Positions 1-11,742 of a stretch of 64,000 bases of DNA are shown piece after piece (positions within the stretch are counted from its first letter, which is position 1; each line of letters opens with the position of its first letter). The position numbers were made by a program, and so were the translations under genes. Origin of the DNA: Diplonema japonicum (taxonomy: Eukaryota > Protista > Euglenozoa: Diplonemea). The stretch covers positions 248,001 through 312,000 of the forward strand of contig OZ025736.1 of assembly GCA_964019335.1 (NCBI GenBank), written 5' to 3'. The notes beneath the pieces are model-generated. The model was not told the origin of the DNA. It did no database searches and saw only the letters and a list, made by a program, of their open reading frames with translations.

Positions 1-377
1 AACCCGAATCGCAGAGGGCAAGTGCATGAAAGGAATGGAGAATAGTATTAAGGTAGAGGAATAAATAAAAAAGTCGAAAGAAGAAAAGAGAGAAAAAAAG
101 GAAATAGAAGAAATATATCACAATTCAGGACAGCTCAGGGCGTGCCTCCCTCTTTTTCTTTTCCCTTTTTCTTTTGAAAAGTACATTTGTTGCAATAAAC
201 TAGACAAATTTTAAAGGTTCAAGGTTCATGTTTTTCGCACTCCCAAGCTAGTCCCGCGGCTTTTTTTTTTTTTTTTTCTTCAAATAATAATTTAAAAAAA
301 AAAAAACATTTAAAAAAACGTTGGGTGTAGAATTTCTTTTTTTTTGGAACAGAAAAAAAAAAAAAAAAAAAAAAAAA

Positions 378-418
378 GAGAGACATTTAAGGGTACCTGC
401 GGTATGTGGCAGGACGCC
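378..418 (+). repeat. Solo 5' head of repeat family B
   Basis: CCTGCGGTATGTGGCAGGACGCC (396-418) matches 15479-15501 at 21 of 23 positions. Both are preceded by AAAGAGAGAC. Confidence 0.6.
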
Positions 419-594
419 TGAAAAAAAAAAACAAAAAAAAAAAAGGGTATTGTGGAGAGAAAAAAAAATACAACGTTTGTTTTTCTTTTTTTCTTTTTTA
501 TAAAGCTTCATTCATTCATTCTTGCAAAGGTGGTATGCTAACCACGGTCTTTTTTTTTTTTTTTTTTTTTTCTTTTCCCTTTCCCCGTTTGCCC

Positions 595-2140
595 TCAGTT
601 CTTAACGAACCTTATGCTGCAGTTTCCACCATGACCCATACTGATGACCTAAAAAAAAACGGTAAAGAAAAAAAAAAATCAAACACACCGAGTGCCCCTT
701 CACAACTTCATCACCAGCAATGAAAACCTCCACAGACTCATCACGAGCAGGATAAAGCATGGTGTAAAGAACCTGGTTTCTCGCCGCCACCACCACCTTA
801 CAGTGCTGAGTGGGCTTCGTCCACGGCGCCGTTCTATATAAAAGATCCTCCTGTATCTGTTTAAGCGAAGCCTTGATGGCAGGCCTCTTGGGGTAGGTGA
901 TGCACAATGTTGGCACTGGGCTCAGCCCTGCGACCTTGTGGTACCCTGCCATCGTGTGCAGCCCGATACTTATGAGCTTTGTAACGACAGTGTCGCTGTC
1001 ACCGTGAACAGCTACCCTGGCAACAGGGTGCAGTCCCCGCGGCCCTGCCACAAGGATGTTAATCCCCTTGAAGGTGACGCCTTGCCTCGAGCTGATGCAC
1101 ACCATGTCATGTGCTTCAGTCAAGATGGGCTGCTTGGTCCCGTGTACAAGCCTCACACACACACCATCGCTGGTCAGTGACAAGTCGTTGCTGTTATCTG
1201 TTTTGTAGCTAACGAGCACCTTGTCCCTGCAGGCCAACAGCACCTTGTTGTACGTGGTGGAGTGCCCCTTCGCCTCCAGTGTGAAGCTGTCGACCACATC
1301 GCATGGGTCGTGCCTCCTGGGCATCAGAAGCTTCCTGTTGGGGTACCGGAGCAGGGGTGTCCTGTTTCTCTTGATTCTAACAGGCCACCTGGCGCACCTG
1401 GAGTATTGCTTGATGCCTTCTGGTGTGTTTAGCATGCATGTGGAGCCGAAGTGCACGTTGCCCTCCATGTCGGAGATGTACACGATGTCCGAGTGGTCGC
1501 GGATCACAAGGTCTGGTGTGGGCACCTCGTCGAAGATGCCGCCACAGTCGTCGTCGTCGCGCAGGACGACCCGCATGCCCTCATTGGTGGGCATCATGAC
1601 GGAGTGCGCGTACCTCACGTTCCCATCCTTGTCCACGACGTACGCCACCTCCGTGTCTGCGTTCTTGTACTTGTCGTACTCCTTCTGCAGCATTGTGATC
1701 TTGTGCGCTGTGCCGTCTGCAGCCACGTTGAACACATCGATCTTTCTCTTGCGGCACACCTCAGTCTCGCAGACGGGCTCCTTGCACCCCAGCCATGTGA
1801 TCAAGGGGTGGTCGTCCCACTTGATTGTGAGGTTCGGTTCGCAAAGCCCTTTGATAGGGACGGCAAGGGGCGACCTGCGCAGCGACACAATCGGCACCTC
1901 CGTGATGCTCGGCCCGTCCGGACACCACTCCTTGTCTACGAGAAACCTGCTTACGAGATGCCCCTTGTCGTCGCCGATGATGTTCCTCACGGCGGGGAGT
2001 GTCTTCCCTTCGGGGGTCACGATGAAAGACTCAGGTGTCGAGGGACAGCTGTCGCTCAGCCCGTGGTCGCTGAAGTCGGAATACTGCCTAATCACATGAA
2101 GAGGGTCCATGGTCCTTGGGGGGGTGAAGGGCAGCTGCAT
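595..2140 (-). CDS. Hypothetical protein, 2 exons (intron 649-688), with an internal ~45-aa repeat
   Basis: Long ORF 602..2314. The plausible ATG is at 2140 (MQLPFTPP), downstream of a pyrimidine tract plus CTTACAG acceptor. Removing GTGTGT...TTTTAG (649-688) replaces a low-complexity tail with ...GHS|VISMGHGGNCSIRFVKN*. No family recognised. Confidence 0.75.
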
Positions 2141-2237
2141 TTTCTTTAATTTGTTGTTTGTTGTGGTGTAAAAGAACGCACCTGTAAGCGTGAAGGGGGG
2201 CAGCACAAAACAAACTAAACAATTACAGCAATCTACG

Positions 2238-2657
2238 TCACGAGTAGCCACGGGCAGGGGCAGGGGTGTTGGGAAGGGGGGAGGTGAGGTTACGCGTTCT
2301 AGGCGAACGTGCATTGGGGGTCGTCTCGAGTTTGCTGATGCGGCTCTGGAGGCCTTCCAGCATGTGGTTGATATCTGCAGTTGCTCGGTTTTTGTAAACG
2401 GTGTTCTCCTCGGTAAGAACCCGGTTTTCCGCCTGCAGCACTGCCATGCTCTTCTGCAGGTCGGCGGCCGCCCCTTCTGCCGCTAGCAACCTCCTCCTCA
2501 GCCCCTCGTTCTCCTTCTCCTTCTCTACTAACATTCTGCTGAGCGTTTCCTCATTTCCCCGTCTCACCGCCCCCATCCCTCCCCCCTGCCACCCATACTG
2601 CTCGCTTAGTCTCTCTCTTGCAAGTGCCACCCGTACATCGCCCTCAGCGCCTATCAT
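2238..2657 (-). CDS. Small coiled-coil protein
   Basis: 139-aa ORF with ATG, heptad-like E/K/R/L-rich core and GC-rich coding-like composition between homopolymer-rich spacers. Confidence 0.65.
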   Translation of the reverse strand: MIGAEGDVRVALARERLSEQYGWQGGGMGAVRRGNEETLSRMLVEKEKENEGLRRRLLAAEGAAADLQKSMAVLQAENRVLTEENTVYKNRATADINHMLEGLQSRISKLETTPNARSPRTRNLTSPLPNTPAPARGYS

Positions 2658-3119
2658 CTAATACTGTCAGGATGAGAACAGAAAGAGAGAGAGTGGTTAA
2701 TCAGACAATATATAAAAAAATGAAGAAGAAAAACCTGGTGCCGTCGGTGGACGTGGGAAACCTTTCTATTCTTGTTTTCTTCTTCTTCTTCTTCTTCTCT
2801 TCTTTTTACTTCTTTGGTTAGAATTTAATGCTGGGGGGGGGGGGGGGGGGAAGGTTTTCTTTTTTTCTTTTTTCTTTCTGAGTGCCAAAATAACAAGTTA
2901 CCTTTATTTTTTTTTTCTTTTTCAATTAACCTTATAAAACAAGAAAAAAAAGAACAAAAAAAAAAACTTTCCAGCGCGATACGTAGTTTTTTTTTCCTTC
3001 TTCCCCTTCTCAAAAAAAAAAAAAAAAAAACCTTTTCTTTTTTTTTTTCTTTGTTGTATTATTCTGGAGTGTAATTCCCTCCAACACTTAACCCCCCCCC
3101 CCCCTTCCCTCCGTCCTCC

Positions 3120-3770
3120 TCAAACTGACTTGGATACCGGACGGGACCCTTGGAGCATGACGTGAGATATCTGGCATGTGATGAGAACACCAAGCACGTC
3201 CATTATGACTTGGATGACGGGGGCAGCATGTTCCCGGCTGGTGCCGATCCTTTCAAAGAAGAAGGGAAGTGAGGCCCCAAGGATGACAGATGAGAGCACA
3301 ATGAAAAAGAGGGACATGCATATCGCAAGAATGGAAGCTATTGCGTAAGAGTCACCGAACTTCTCTGTAGCGTCATAGAAGAGGTACACACGTGCCATAG
3401 CAGCACAGGTCAGGATCGTGGCGCACAGGAAGCCCACTGCCGCCTCACGTGCTACAACGAGATTGAAGGAACGCATTGAGTACTCACCGGTGACCAGCCC
3501 GGTGATGGAGTGCACTGCCGCTTGATTTCCCGCGTTCCCCCCTGCCCCCACTAGCATCGTCAGGAAGAGAGGTATAATGACATGCTCGCTGACTAGTTTC
3601 TCGTAGCTTACTAATATAAACTGCGACAAGCTTTGCAGCAACATCAGCAGTATCAGGACAGTCGTCCGCCGCCACACCAGCAACATGATGCTCTCGTGGC
3701 ATCCCCGTCGCTCCGCGGGAGACAGGCTCTGCTCCCTCCCCCGTCTGAACATCCCCAACATGTCCTGCAT
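3120..3770 (-). CDS. MgtE-family divalent cation transporter (integral membrane domain only)
   Basis: About 5 hydrophobic segments, the motif PLFLTMLVGAGGNAGNQ, and a C-terminal AAPVIQVIMDVLG carrying the conserved TM5 Asp. Confidence 0.85.
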   Translation of the reverse strand: MQDMLGMFRRGREQSLSPAERRGCHESIMLLVWRRTTVLILLMLLQSLSQFILVSYEKLVSEHVIIPLFLTMLVGAGGNAGNQAAVHSITGLVTGEYSMRSFNLVVAREAAVGFLCATILTCAAMARVYLFYDATEKFGDSYAIASILAICMSLFFIVLSSVILGASLPFFFERIGTSREHAAPVIQVIMDVLGVLITCQISHVMLQGSRPVSKSV

Positions 3771-3798
3771 TCGCTATCGCATGTCTCCTGAAGGGCTT

Positions 3799-3842
<44 letters not shown>

Positions 3843-4205
3843 ATACAGAACGGTAAATACTATCCAGAAGGGGGGGAGGAAATAAATATTCCACAGAGAA
3901 CGTTGGAGTGTAGGAAGGTGAGCAAGGTGTGTAACAAAAAAAGGGGGGAGGGGGCGGTAGTGCAGGTGGGGGGGTGCTGAGACTTTTTTTTTCTTTAACC
4001 ACCACATGTACTTCGTAGTAGCTTTTTCCCGCTGCAGTATTATCCCTCATAAGCCACCCCATCGACCCCGTTATGCCATGGCAGGAGAATAAAAAAAAAA
4101 GGGGGTGGGCGGGGAGGAAAAAGAGGGGAAAGCAAGAAAGAAAAAAAAATGGGGCTTTGATTGCAACACTAGGTGGCGTTAAGCGTGCAACGAAGCACGA
4201 AATAC

Positions 4206-4489
4206 CTACTTGATTACAGGGGGCGCTCCTCGGCCGAGCAGTAGCTTCTTCTGCGTTCCGCGTCGTGTCCTTAATGCATGCGGTGTGCTCAACCCTAGCC
4301 GGGGCGTCCCGGGTAACCAAGATTCTGCGCTCGTGCAGTTTGCTGCCTGTTCGTCACCCTGAGCATCTGCGATACGTTCTTCCACTCGGGCGCTACCGGT
4401 GATGACCGACGAGGAGGTCAACAGCGAACAACACATCTGATGTACTTCTTATATTTCCATGTTATCCCCACCACCTTAAAAAAAAAAAA
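4206..4489 (+). repeat. Interspersed repeat family B, copy 1 (SINE/SIDER-like, poly(A)-ended)
   Basis: Aligns by eye with 15517-15769 (e.g. GTAGCTTCTTCTGCGT..CCGCGTCGTGTCCTTAATGC, GTGCAGTTTGCTGCCTGTTCGTCACCCTGAGCATCTGC, GTTATCCCCACCAC then an A-run). It has about 60 extra nt at roughly 4371-4436. Confidence 0.85.
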
Positions 4490-4504
4490 CACGTTAACGG
4501 TAGG

Positions 4505-5593
4505 CTAGTCCCTTTCAATACCATGCTTTTCGAAAAGCTGCTGGGCGGTCTCTGTGTCCCCCGCTTGGAGGTGGGCCTCGGCCAGCTTCTCGATCATCAC
4601 TGTGGTAGTTTCAATGTCGCGAGCTTGAAGCTCTTTTAAAATGGCGATCGAGGAGTCAGGGTGGCCAGTGTGAGCATAGATACGGAGGAGCGAGTGGTAG
4701 ACTGCCAAGGGGGGCGTCACAGAGGTGTCGGGGACAGCTGCGTGATACAGTGACGTGGCCAAGGCGGCAGTATCGCTGCCTGTACGTGCCTCACGGACTA
4801 AGTGAGAAAGGATGCTTGGGAGCTCCTCGTACGGGTGCAGGGGGATCCCCGTGGCCAGGATCACGTCAAGCGTCGAGCGCAGTCGCTCGCCATCTCCTTT
4901 GTTCGCGAAGTACAAGGCCAGCGTCTGCATCACGATGTTATGGTGCTCCGCCGTTGCCTCTTCCTTCTGCTTCATGTCCCGCAGCGTCTTCATGGCCGCA
5001 ACACCGTCACACGATGCCTTGCATTTGTTCAAGATCACCTTATATGTTTCACCATCGGGCTGCACACCTGCCTCCTTCATAGTGGTAACGAACCCTTCCA
5101 TGTCTGCACCGTACCGCGGTACGTGCTGCAGCATGGCGTTGTAGGTGGTTGCTGTGAGGGGGATCCCCTTCTCGCGGGTCTTCTCGATGTAAGTCTCCGC
5201 CAGTGCAGGCTCCCCAGCACAGCAGCACGCGATGATCATCATGTTGTAGCACGCAGCGCCTGGGCTGTGGTTGGCCTCTATCTGTTTGAACAGCACTCGC
5301 ACTTTTTGAAGCTCTTTTCGCGTCTCATCAGCAGGCGACTCTTCCATCCTGCTCACCTGCACGTCAAGCAGCATGCAAGCCTCTTCGTCGCCCAGCTGTA
5401 CCGTCTCCACAGCACTTTCAAGACCCTTCACCAACGCCAGCATGTCGGTGTGTGTGCGCAGCTCCATCCCTTCAAACGCCTCGTGCAGCCCTTCCTCAGC
5501 GTCCACCAAGGGTGTTACCGATGCTGATGTGCTGCATACCGCACGCTGCAGCGCCCTGTGACCGGACGCTAGCCTGTGCACCACCCGCCTCAT
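4505..5593 (-). CDS. Pentatricopeptide-repeat (PPR) protein, probably mitochondrial
   Basis: PPR-like helical repeats (CYNMMIIACC, TYNAMLQH, PDGETYKVILNKC, VYHSLLRIYAHTG). The R/S/A-rich N-terminus from ATG 5593 (MRRVVHRLASG) resembles a presequence. Confidence 0.85.
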   Translation of the reverse strand: MRRVVHRLASGHRALQRAVCSTSASVTPLVDAEEGLHEAFEGMELRTHTDMLALVKGLESAVETVQLGDEEACMLLDVQVSRMEESPADETRKELQKVRVLFKQIEANHSPGAACYNMMIIACCCAGEPALAETYIEKTREKGIPLTATTYNAMLQHVPRYGADMEGFVTTMKEAGVQPDGETYKVILNKCKASCDGVAAMKTLRDMKQKEEATAEHHNIVMQTLALYFANKGDGERLRSTLDVILATGIPLHPYEELPSILSHLVREARTGSDTAALATSLYHAAVPDTSVTPPLAVYHSLLRIYAHTGHPDSSIAILKELQARDIETTTVMIEKLAEAHLQAGDTETAQQLFEKHGIERD

Positions 5594-5811
5594 GTCTGCT
5601 TGCTGTGGCTGTGTTGAATCTTCCTTGTACGGTTGGGGCAGCATAATAACAACAAACAACAAAAAGAGGAGGGGAGTGGGAGGTCGACAGGAAGGTCTTC
5701 CCTCCGTCACCTTGTCAGGGGAAGAAAGGGGAATAGAAGGGAGAAGAAAGAAAAAAAAAACACAACAAGTAAAGATGGGAAAAAAAAAAAAAAACAGTAC
5801 AAGGAGAGGGA

Positions 5812-6186
5812 CTACATGGGGTGCATGGCACGGTTAATGGTGGGTCCTCGGTGGACGGCGTTGGTGGCGGTTTCCTGCCTGACAGTGGTGCGGTGCTGGT
5901 CCACAGGGAGGTACAGCTTGCTGATCGAGTCATGGTGCTCGTCGTAGTTCTGGTTAGATGCCACAGGGAGAGGGTGTGTGCCTGCAGGGTAGTAGCCATT
6001 GGCCATGGCACTGCCAGGGGGGACCTGGGACACACATTTCCCATTAGGCCCGTACGACACGTATTCAGGTGCGTAGGCCGTGTACGGCCCAGCACCAGCA
6101 ACAGGCATTGCCTGCGGCACAACTACAGGAACTCCGTTCAGATTGCTCTGAACCGGCACAGCGTTCATGTGGTAAGGAAGAGACAT
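5812..6186 (-). CDS. Hypothetical Pro/Tyr/Val-rich 124-aa protein
   Basis: ATG at 6186 directly after a long A-run on the coding strand; GC-rich, coding-like island. Confidence 0.6.
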   Translation of the reverse strand: MSLPYHMNAVPVQSNLNGVPVVVPQAMPVAGAGPYTAYAPEYVSYGPNGKCVSQVPPGSAMANGYYPAGTHPLPVASNQNYDEHHDSISKLYLPVDQHRTTVRQETATNAVHRGPTINRAMHPM

Positions 6187-6193
6187 TTTTTTT

Positions 6194-6228
<35 letters not shown>

Positions 6229-7164
6229 TAACACCTGTTGGCAATGGAATAAAAAACTGTATTTTTCAAAAAAAAGGAGGGAAAGGGGGGGGGAAGAAGA
6301 AATTGGGGGATAGCGGAACAAGAATAAAAAAAAACAGAATAAAAAAAAAAAAAAAACGCAGTAGCAATTTCGTCTCATTTTTTTCTCGTCTCTGAGGGAG
6401 GAGGGGGGACCAAACGGTGTACAACTGTTGTCCTTTTTTTCGCCCCCCTTTTCTTTTCTAAAGTAAATATCCTTCACTCCCCCTCCCTTTGTTTAATTTG
6501 AAAACATTGCACTTGTACTACATTGCTTGCTTGCTTGTGAATGGGAAAAGAGGGGGTGAAGTAACGGGAGGGTGAACGGGGAACAAAAAAAAAACATTTT
6601 TTTTTTTTCTTTTAAGGCCAGCGATGATGAACAGTGTGGGCAGTAATTTTTCTTTTTTTTTAATTTTATTTTCTTCGGAAAGTTGCGTTAGGACAAATCC
6701 AATACAAATATCTTAGGAAAAAAAAAAAGAGGAGTGAGGGGAGTTCAAGACAATGACAAAGTTTTCTTTCATATGTATTTTTCTCTTTTTTTTTTTCTGT
6801 GTGAGGGGATGTGCAAAGAAGGGGGGGGAAAAAAAAGAACAGGGAGAAAAAAAGAAAAATAGAGAGGCAACGAGTGAAAAGGGAATAAAGAAAAAAAAGA
6901 AGAAAAAAAAAAGGGGGGAGGGGGAGAAAAAAAAAAGCACACAACAATTCCCTCCCACCATTTTTTTTTTTTTTTTCACACAGGCATTTTTTTTTTCTTC
7001 TTCTTTCTTTCCCAGGTATTTCCTTTTTTTGGGAATATACAAAACTATTCATTAATGATGAGTAATGAATTTTCTGCCATTCGAGTGGAATTGAAAAAAA
7101 ACTCGAGGGCGCAGTTGTTCTTACTTTTACTCTCCTCAATTTTTCTTCGTGAATGAAGCAAAGG

Positions 7165-7197
<33 letters not shown>

Positions 7198-7339
7198 AGA
7201 AGAAATCCGGCTCCAACCCCTGCCCGGATATACTTGAAAAGAACAGTAAGTTAAAATCATAAAAGAGAAAAGAAAAGAAGAACTACGAAATCATGGAACC
7301 CCAAAAAGTTCATTTTCCACCACTAATTCTGATTTCCAC

Positions 7340-7376
<37 letters not shown>

Positions 7377-8633
7377 CCACTTTGTATTTTTTTTGACCAC
7401 GGTCCTCTGGTAGACAGAATATCCGGTTTTTTTGGTGGAAAATTCAAATTAGCGCGCCCTGTTGTTTGTAGTTTTTTCTTTGGAAAAAAAAAAAAAAAAA
7501 AAAAAAACACATAAAACAAGTAATTCTTTTTGTTTGTTTTTCCAGGTAGTTAGAAACGGAAAACAAGGCGAGCTTTTGCGAGAGTGAGAGGGGGGCTTTA
7601 TAAAAAAAAAAAAAATGGGAGGGGGAGGTAACTTCATTTTTTTTATTTTACTTTTTTTTTCATTTTCTTTACAAAAAGGAATCTGCTCACTGTGCAAAAA
7701 GAACCCCCCCCTTTTTTTAAAATCTTTTTAATAAGGTGGAATTTGCAGGCTCTTTCAGTACGTGGAGCAGAACTTCGTAGTTGTTTTAATTAATTATCAT
7801 TCTTTTTTTTTGAATGTGCCTTCATTTTTTTTAAGTCCTCTGGAAAAAAAAAAAAAAAAAAAAAAAAAACAAAAACGAGAAAGAAAAAAAAAAGAAAGGC
7901 GTAAGCGAAAAAAAAAAAAAAGAAAAATTCTGAGGCGCGCTTTATAACTTTTTCTGTCCTTTCCCCCCATTTTTTTCTTGCTTTTGCCATAAAATCACAT
8001 AATTCCCTTTTTTTTTTTTTTTTTTTTTTTTCCGGGCAGGCGAGTAAGAGGGAACCTCTATCATACAGGTAAAAAAAAAAAGCCCATTCAAAAAAAAAAA
8101 AAGAAAAAAAAGAAGGGAAGAATAAAAAAATAAGCAAATAAAAAATGTTGTTTGATAAAAACTAGGACGGGGGGAAAATCGAAATCGAAGAGAAAGACAC
8201 AAAGCTTCAGAAGAAAAAAAAAAGAAAAAAAAGGAGAGTCATCCTTTCGAAACATCTTCGCCTGATAGCCTTTTTTATAAAAAGCAAAGCTTTCCTCTTT
8301 CTTTCCTATAAAATAAAATAAAAATAAGAAAAAAAGATGAAATCAGTATGAAAAAAAAAAAGTAAAGGGGGAGAGAAAAAAAAAAGATTGAGCGAAACAA
8401 AATGAAGAGGAAAGAGAAATACAATGAATATTCTCTTTTACTTCCCCCTTCTCTTTTCTTTTTCATTTTTGAAGTTTCTTTCACCCCCCCCCCCTCAAAA
8501 AATGCACATAAATAAATAAATAAAAATAAAAAGGAACCTATCTTTTTCTCTCTTTTTTTTTTTCCTTCTTGCATATTGTATAAATGTTTCCTTTTTTTTC
8601 AGTCTATTTATCGAAGGCAAAATCACTCCTCCT

Positions 8634-10604
8634 TTACACTTCTGCCTCATCGTCCTCACGGGTCCTCCCAGGCTGTATTTTGGTATGCTGTTACAGCTCC
8701 TTCCCACATACCTCGCTCAAGGCAGGAGGGGCAGACAAGTCATCGGAAGATGGTTCGGATGTCTATGAATTGTTTTTTTTTTTTTTTTTTTTTTTTATTC
8801 TTTTTTTCTTCCTCCAACTATACCAGATTAGGTCTGTTAGGAAGGGAGCCCCGGAGGGGTAGGTCTTCGTTAGGATTGAAGTAGTTTTGCTGTTAAGAAA
8901 AAAAAAATTTTTTTTCCCCCTAAAAAAAACACAAACCCTCGAAGCAGGTAGAGTCCACCTGTTGTTACCGGTGCACTCAACATCCTCCTCTGTGGTGGGC
9001 ATGTACCTCATGGAGACGTTCCTGCCGCCCTTCTTCCCTCGGTGCATCTTGGCCTTGTTGGCGGGTTCCTCTTCTTCGGCTGGTGCCTGGGGTTCCTCAA
9101 TGCTGACAGTGCCCGAGACTTGGACAAGCGGGGTCTCGATCAGATCAACAGGAACGGCAGAAGGCGGAGGTGAGGCAACATGCACAGGGAGAGGAAGCTG
9201 TGAAGAGACAAGCTCTGCGGGGAGGCCGTTGACTGCAGGGTCGTACTGCACACGGTGCCGCAGCTCGCCGATCTGCGTCAAGAGCTTCCGCCTGTGCACC
9301 ACCATATCCATCCCGTGCTGCTGCAGCAGCTGGTCGTCCAGCGTCGCTAGGTCCAAGTACGACATGACCCCCATCCCGTGCAGCATGGTGTAGTATATCT
9401 CAAGTTTGATAGATCGCAGGAAGGTAAGCAAGATATCATCATTAGCACTGACCATGCCCGGCTGTGTCCAACCCAACTCATGCAACCGCTGCTGGTACCA
9501 TCTCGGCATGCGTTGTATTTCATGGTTCGACATGAACTTGAATAGCTCGTTCAGCTCCGACACCGGCTCTCCAAGCTTCACAGGGAATGTCACACCCGGT
9601 GCGATCCCTCTGTTCACTCGCTGGGCGATCACTTCGCTCCTTTGCCGCACCTTGTTGAACTCCGCCTGCTTAGTCTGTCTCAGCTTGCTTGGCTTGTCAT
9701 ACAGTCTTAAGGACGACTTGCGTGTGTACTCCGCTGCGATCCTGAAGGGCACCTGGTCGATGATGACCTTCTGGTCCCCGCACGTCTGCAGCACCGCTTC
9801 CGCCGCTTTCACGTCAACACACTCTACAAAGAAGCCACATATGAAGTTCTCAGGGTGGGCCTGAGATGTCTTCTCAGACGTGTCGTCAGCAACGAGGATC
9901 ACGTTCTTCGCGCTGCCCGGTGCCACAAGGTCCAACATGCACGACAGGCCTGCCCATGTCAGCCCGTTGATGCTGAAGGCCCAGTTTCTTCGCTGCGTCA
10001 TTATTCGGATGTGCAGTGTGCACCTAGGCTGAGGGGTGGGGGGGTGCTCGGGCCTCCTTGTCGCAGGCTGGATTCTTATCATCCTCGGTGGGGGGGGCTT
10101 CTCTGTGCCGTCGGTCAGGGTACCGGGCACGCAGCGCACACCAAACTGCGATGGGAGCTCGTATTGCATCTCGGGCTTGCCCTGAAAGTCGACATTCCCC
10201 TTCACCACAGCAAAGGCACAGCAATGCACTGTCTTCTGTCCTCGTTTGTCCTCAATGTGCATCACCTCCATGTCCAGGAACTGCGACAGGGTCGACGCCA
10301 CGTCGCGTGTCAGCGTGTCGATGGGGATGCGGTCGATGTGCAGCCCCGACGCCTGCCCAAGCTTCTCCAGCTGCTGGTGCGGCGCACCAAAAGTGGCGCC
10401 CTCCTCGTTGCCCTGCCTGTGCTGCTGGGACCCCTTGAAGCGTCCCTGCCCTTTCCCGCCCTGGAACTGCTGCTGTTGCTGCTGATACGGCTGCTGCGCC
10501 CCCTGCATGTACCCCTGCGGCATCCTCCATTGCGCGAGCATCATCGGCTGCGCCTTCGTGCCACCCGGATCACTCCCACCTTCCTGAGGCAACATTCCCA
10601 TCAT
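8634..10604 (-). CDS. SAM-domain protein with Gln-rich N-terminus and possible divergent RRM-like regions; introns 8890-8936, 8763-8823 and (less certain) 8673-8711
   Basis: SAM signature FLRSIKLEIYYTML...LDLATLDDQLLQQHGMDMVVHRRKLL. Three phase-0 GT-AG introns give the continuous C-terminus ...PASR|QNYFNPNEDLPLRGSLPNRPNL|TSEPSSDDLSAPPALSE|PGRTREDDEAEV*. Confidence 0.75.
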
Positions 10605-10705
10605 TTTCTTTTTGTTTTTTTTTTCCCCTTCCTTTTTTTTTCTTCTTCCCCTTTCCCCTCCTGTTAAAACGTCTAAGATGTTGTCACTGTTACAAAATAC
10701 TATCA

Positions 10706-11569
10706 TCAGTCCAGCAGTCTGTCAAGGCCCGCCTGCACATAGGGCGGTAGGGGTAGGGTGAAGTGCTTCGCACGCATGTCAGCAACCCATTCAAAGTAAG
10801 CACGCCGCAGCTTGGGGTCGGGAAGCGTGGATGCAGCGGTTAAGATCTTCAAGAGGCAAGAAGGCGGCTCGAGAATAAGGGAAGCCTCGTAAAAGGGACG
10901 GGAGATATGCGAGAAGACGGAGGAGAAGAGTGGGAGAGGGGAGGGAAGGCACGTGTGGTGAGCGGCAAGGAGAACATTTGACGCCTCGGCGACACTAAGA
11001 GTGTTAAGAAGAAGGGGCTTAAGGGTGAAGATCGAGTAAGGAATAGAAGAGAAGGTCCCGGGAGGGCAAGAGACAATCACCCTGCATAGGGACCCGAGAG
11101 AAGTAGATGTGAGATGGCGCACGTGCCGATCAGCTACAGACAGCAAACGGGTTAAAAAGCTGGGATTGTACACCACAGCAAGTTGCAACCCACTTATCCA
11201 CGCCTCGGTCCCAACCCTGCGGTGCGAAATGTCAGCTGAAGGTGCCACCATGCGTGACAACACCAAACCCCCGAGGACGCTGTCCACCCATCCTGCCTTT
11301 GTGGCCTCTAATATGTCTGTGATGACACCTTCCCCACAGTTCAGGTCGGCTCCTAAATCTCGTTTCAGTACCTCCGCCCCTTTCTCGAAGAGCGCCTCAT
11401 ACTTGACCCTTGCCTTCCCGTAGCACCCCAGCACTGTTCCAGCATCCTTTCCGTCTACCCTTTCCATTGCCGTCTTTGCGTCCAGCCTCAGTTTCCATAG
11501 CCCCTTCTGCCCTTCTGCGTTCCTTACGCGGGCTAGGCGGGTGATCCTTTGCACTAGTGGGTGCTTCAT
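10706..11569 (-). CDS. Hypothetical helical-repeat protein, possibly organellar
   Basis: 287-aa ATG-initiated ORF with basic N-terminus and Leu/Ser-rich helical pattern; no family firmly recognised. Confidence 0.65.
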   Translation of the reverse strand: MKHPLVQRITRLARVRNAEGQKGLWKLRLDAKTAMERVDGKDAGTVLGCYGKARVKYEALFEKGAEVLKRDLGADLNCGEGVITDILEATKAGWVDSVLGGLVLSRMVAPSADISHRRVGTEAWISGLQLAVVYNPSFLTRLLSVADRHVRHLTSTSLGSLCRVIVSCPPGTFSSIPYSIFTLKPLLLNTLSVAEASNVLLAAHHTCLPSPLPLFSSVFSHISRPFYEASLILEPPSCLLKILTAASTLPDPKLRRAYFEWVADMRAKHFTLPLPPYVQAGLDRLLD

Positions 11570-11742
11570 GGCATTTCGCCTCTACGGTTCTTCTTTTTAA
11601 CTCCTTCTCTTTGTATAGTGTTATTGGTGGGATAAAAAAAAAAGTGGGGGGAAGGCAATTGTAACAGAAAACGTGGTTCCTATATGGGGGGGGGGGTAAA
11701 GAAGAAGTCAACAAGCCACATGCATTGAAAAAAAAAGGGGGT

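Noticed and set aside
6620-7130. ATGATGA box C-like motifs near 6629 and 7055
   Set aside because: They are on the strand opposite the gene cluster and lack a suitably placed CTGA box D or terminal stem.
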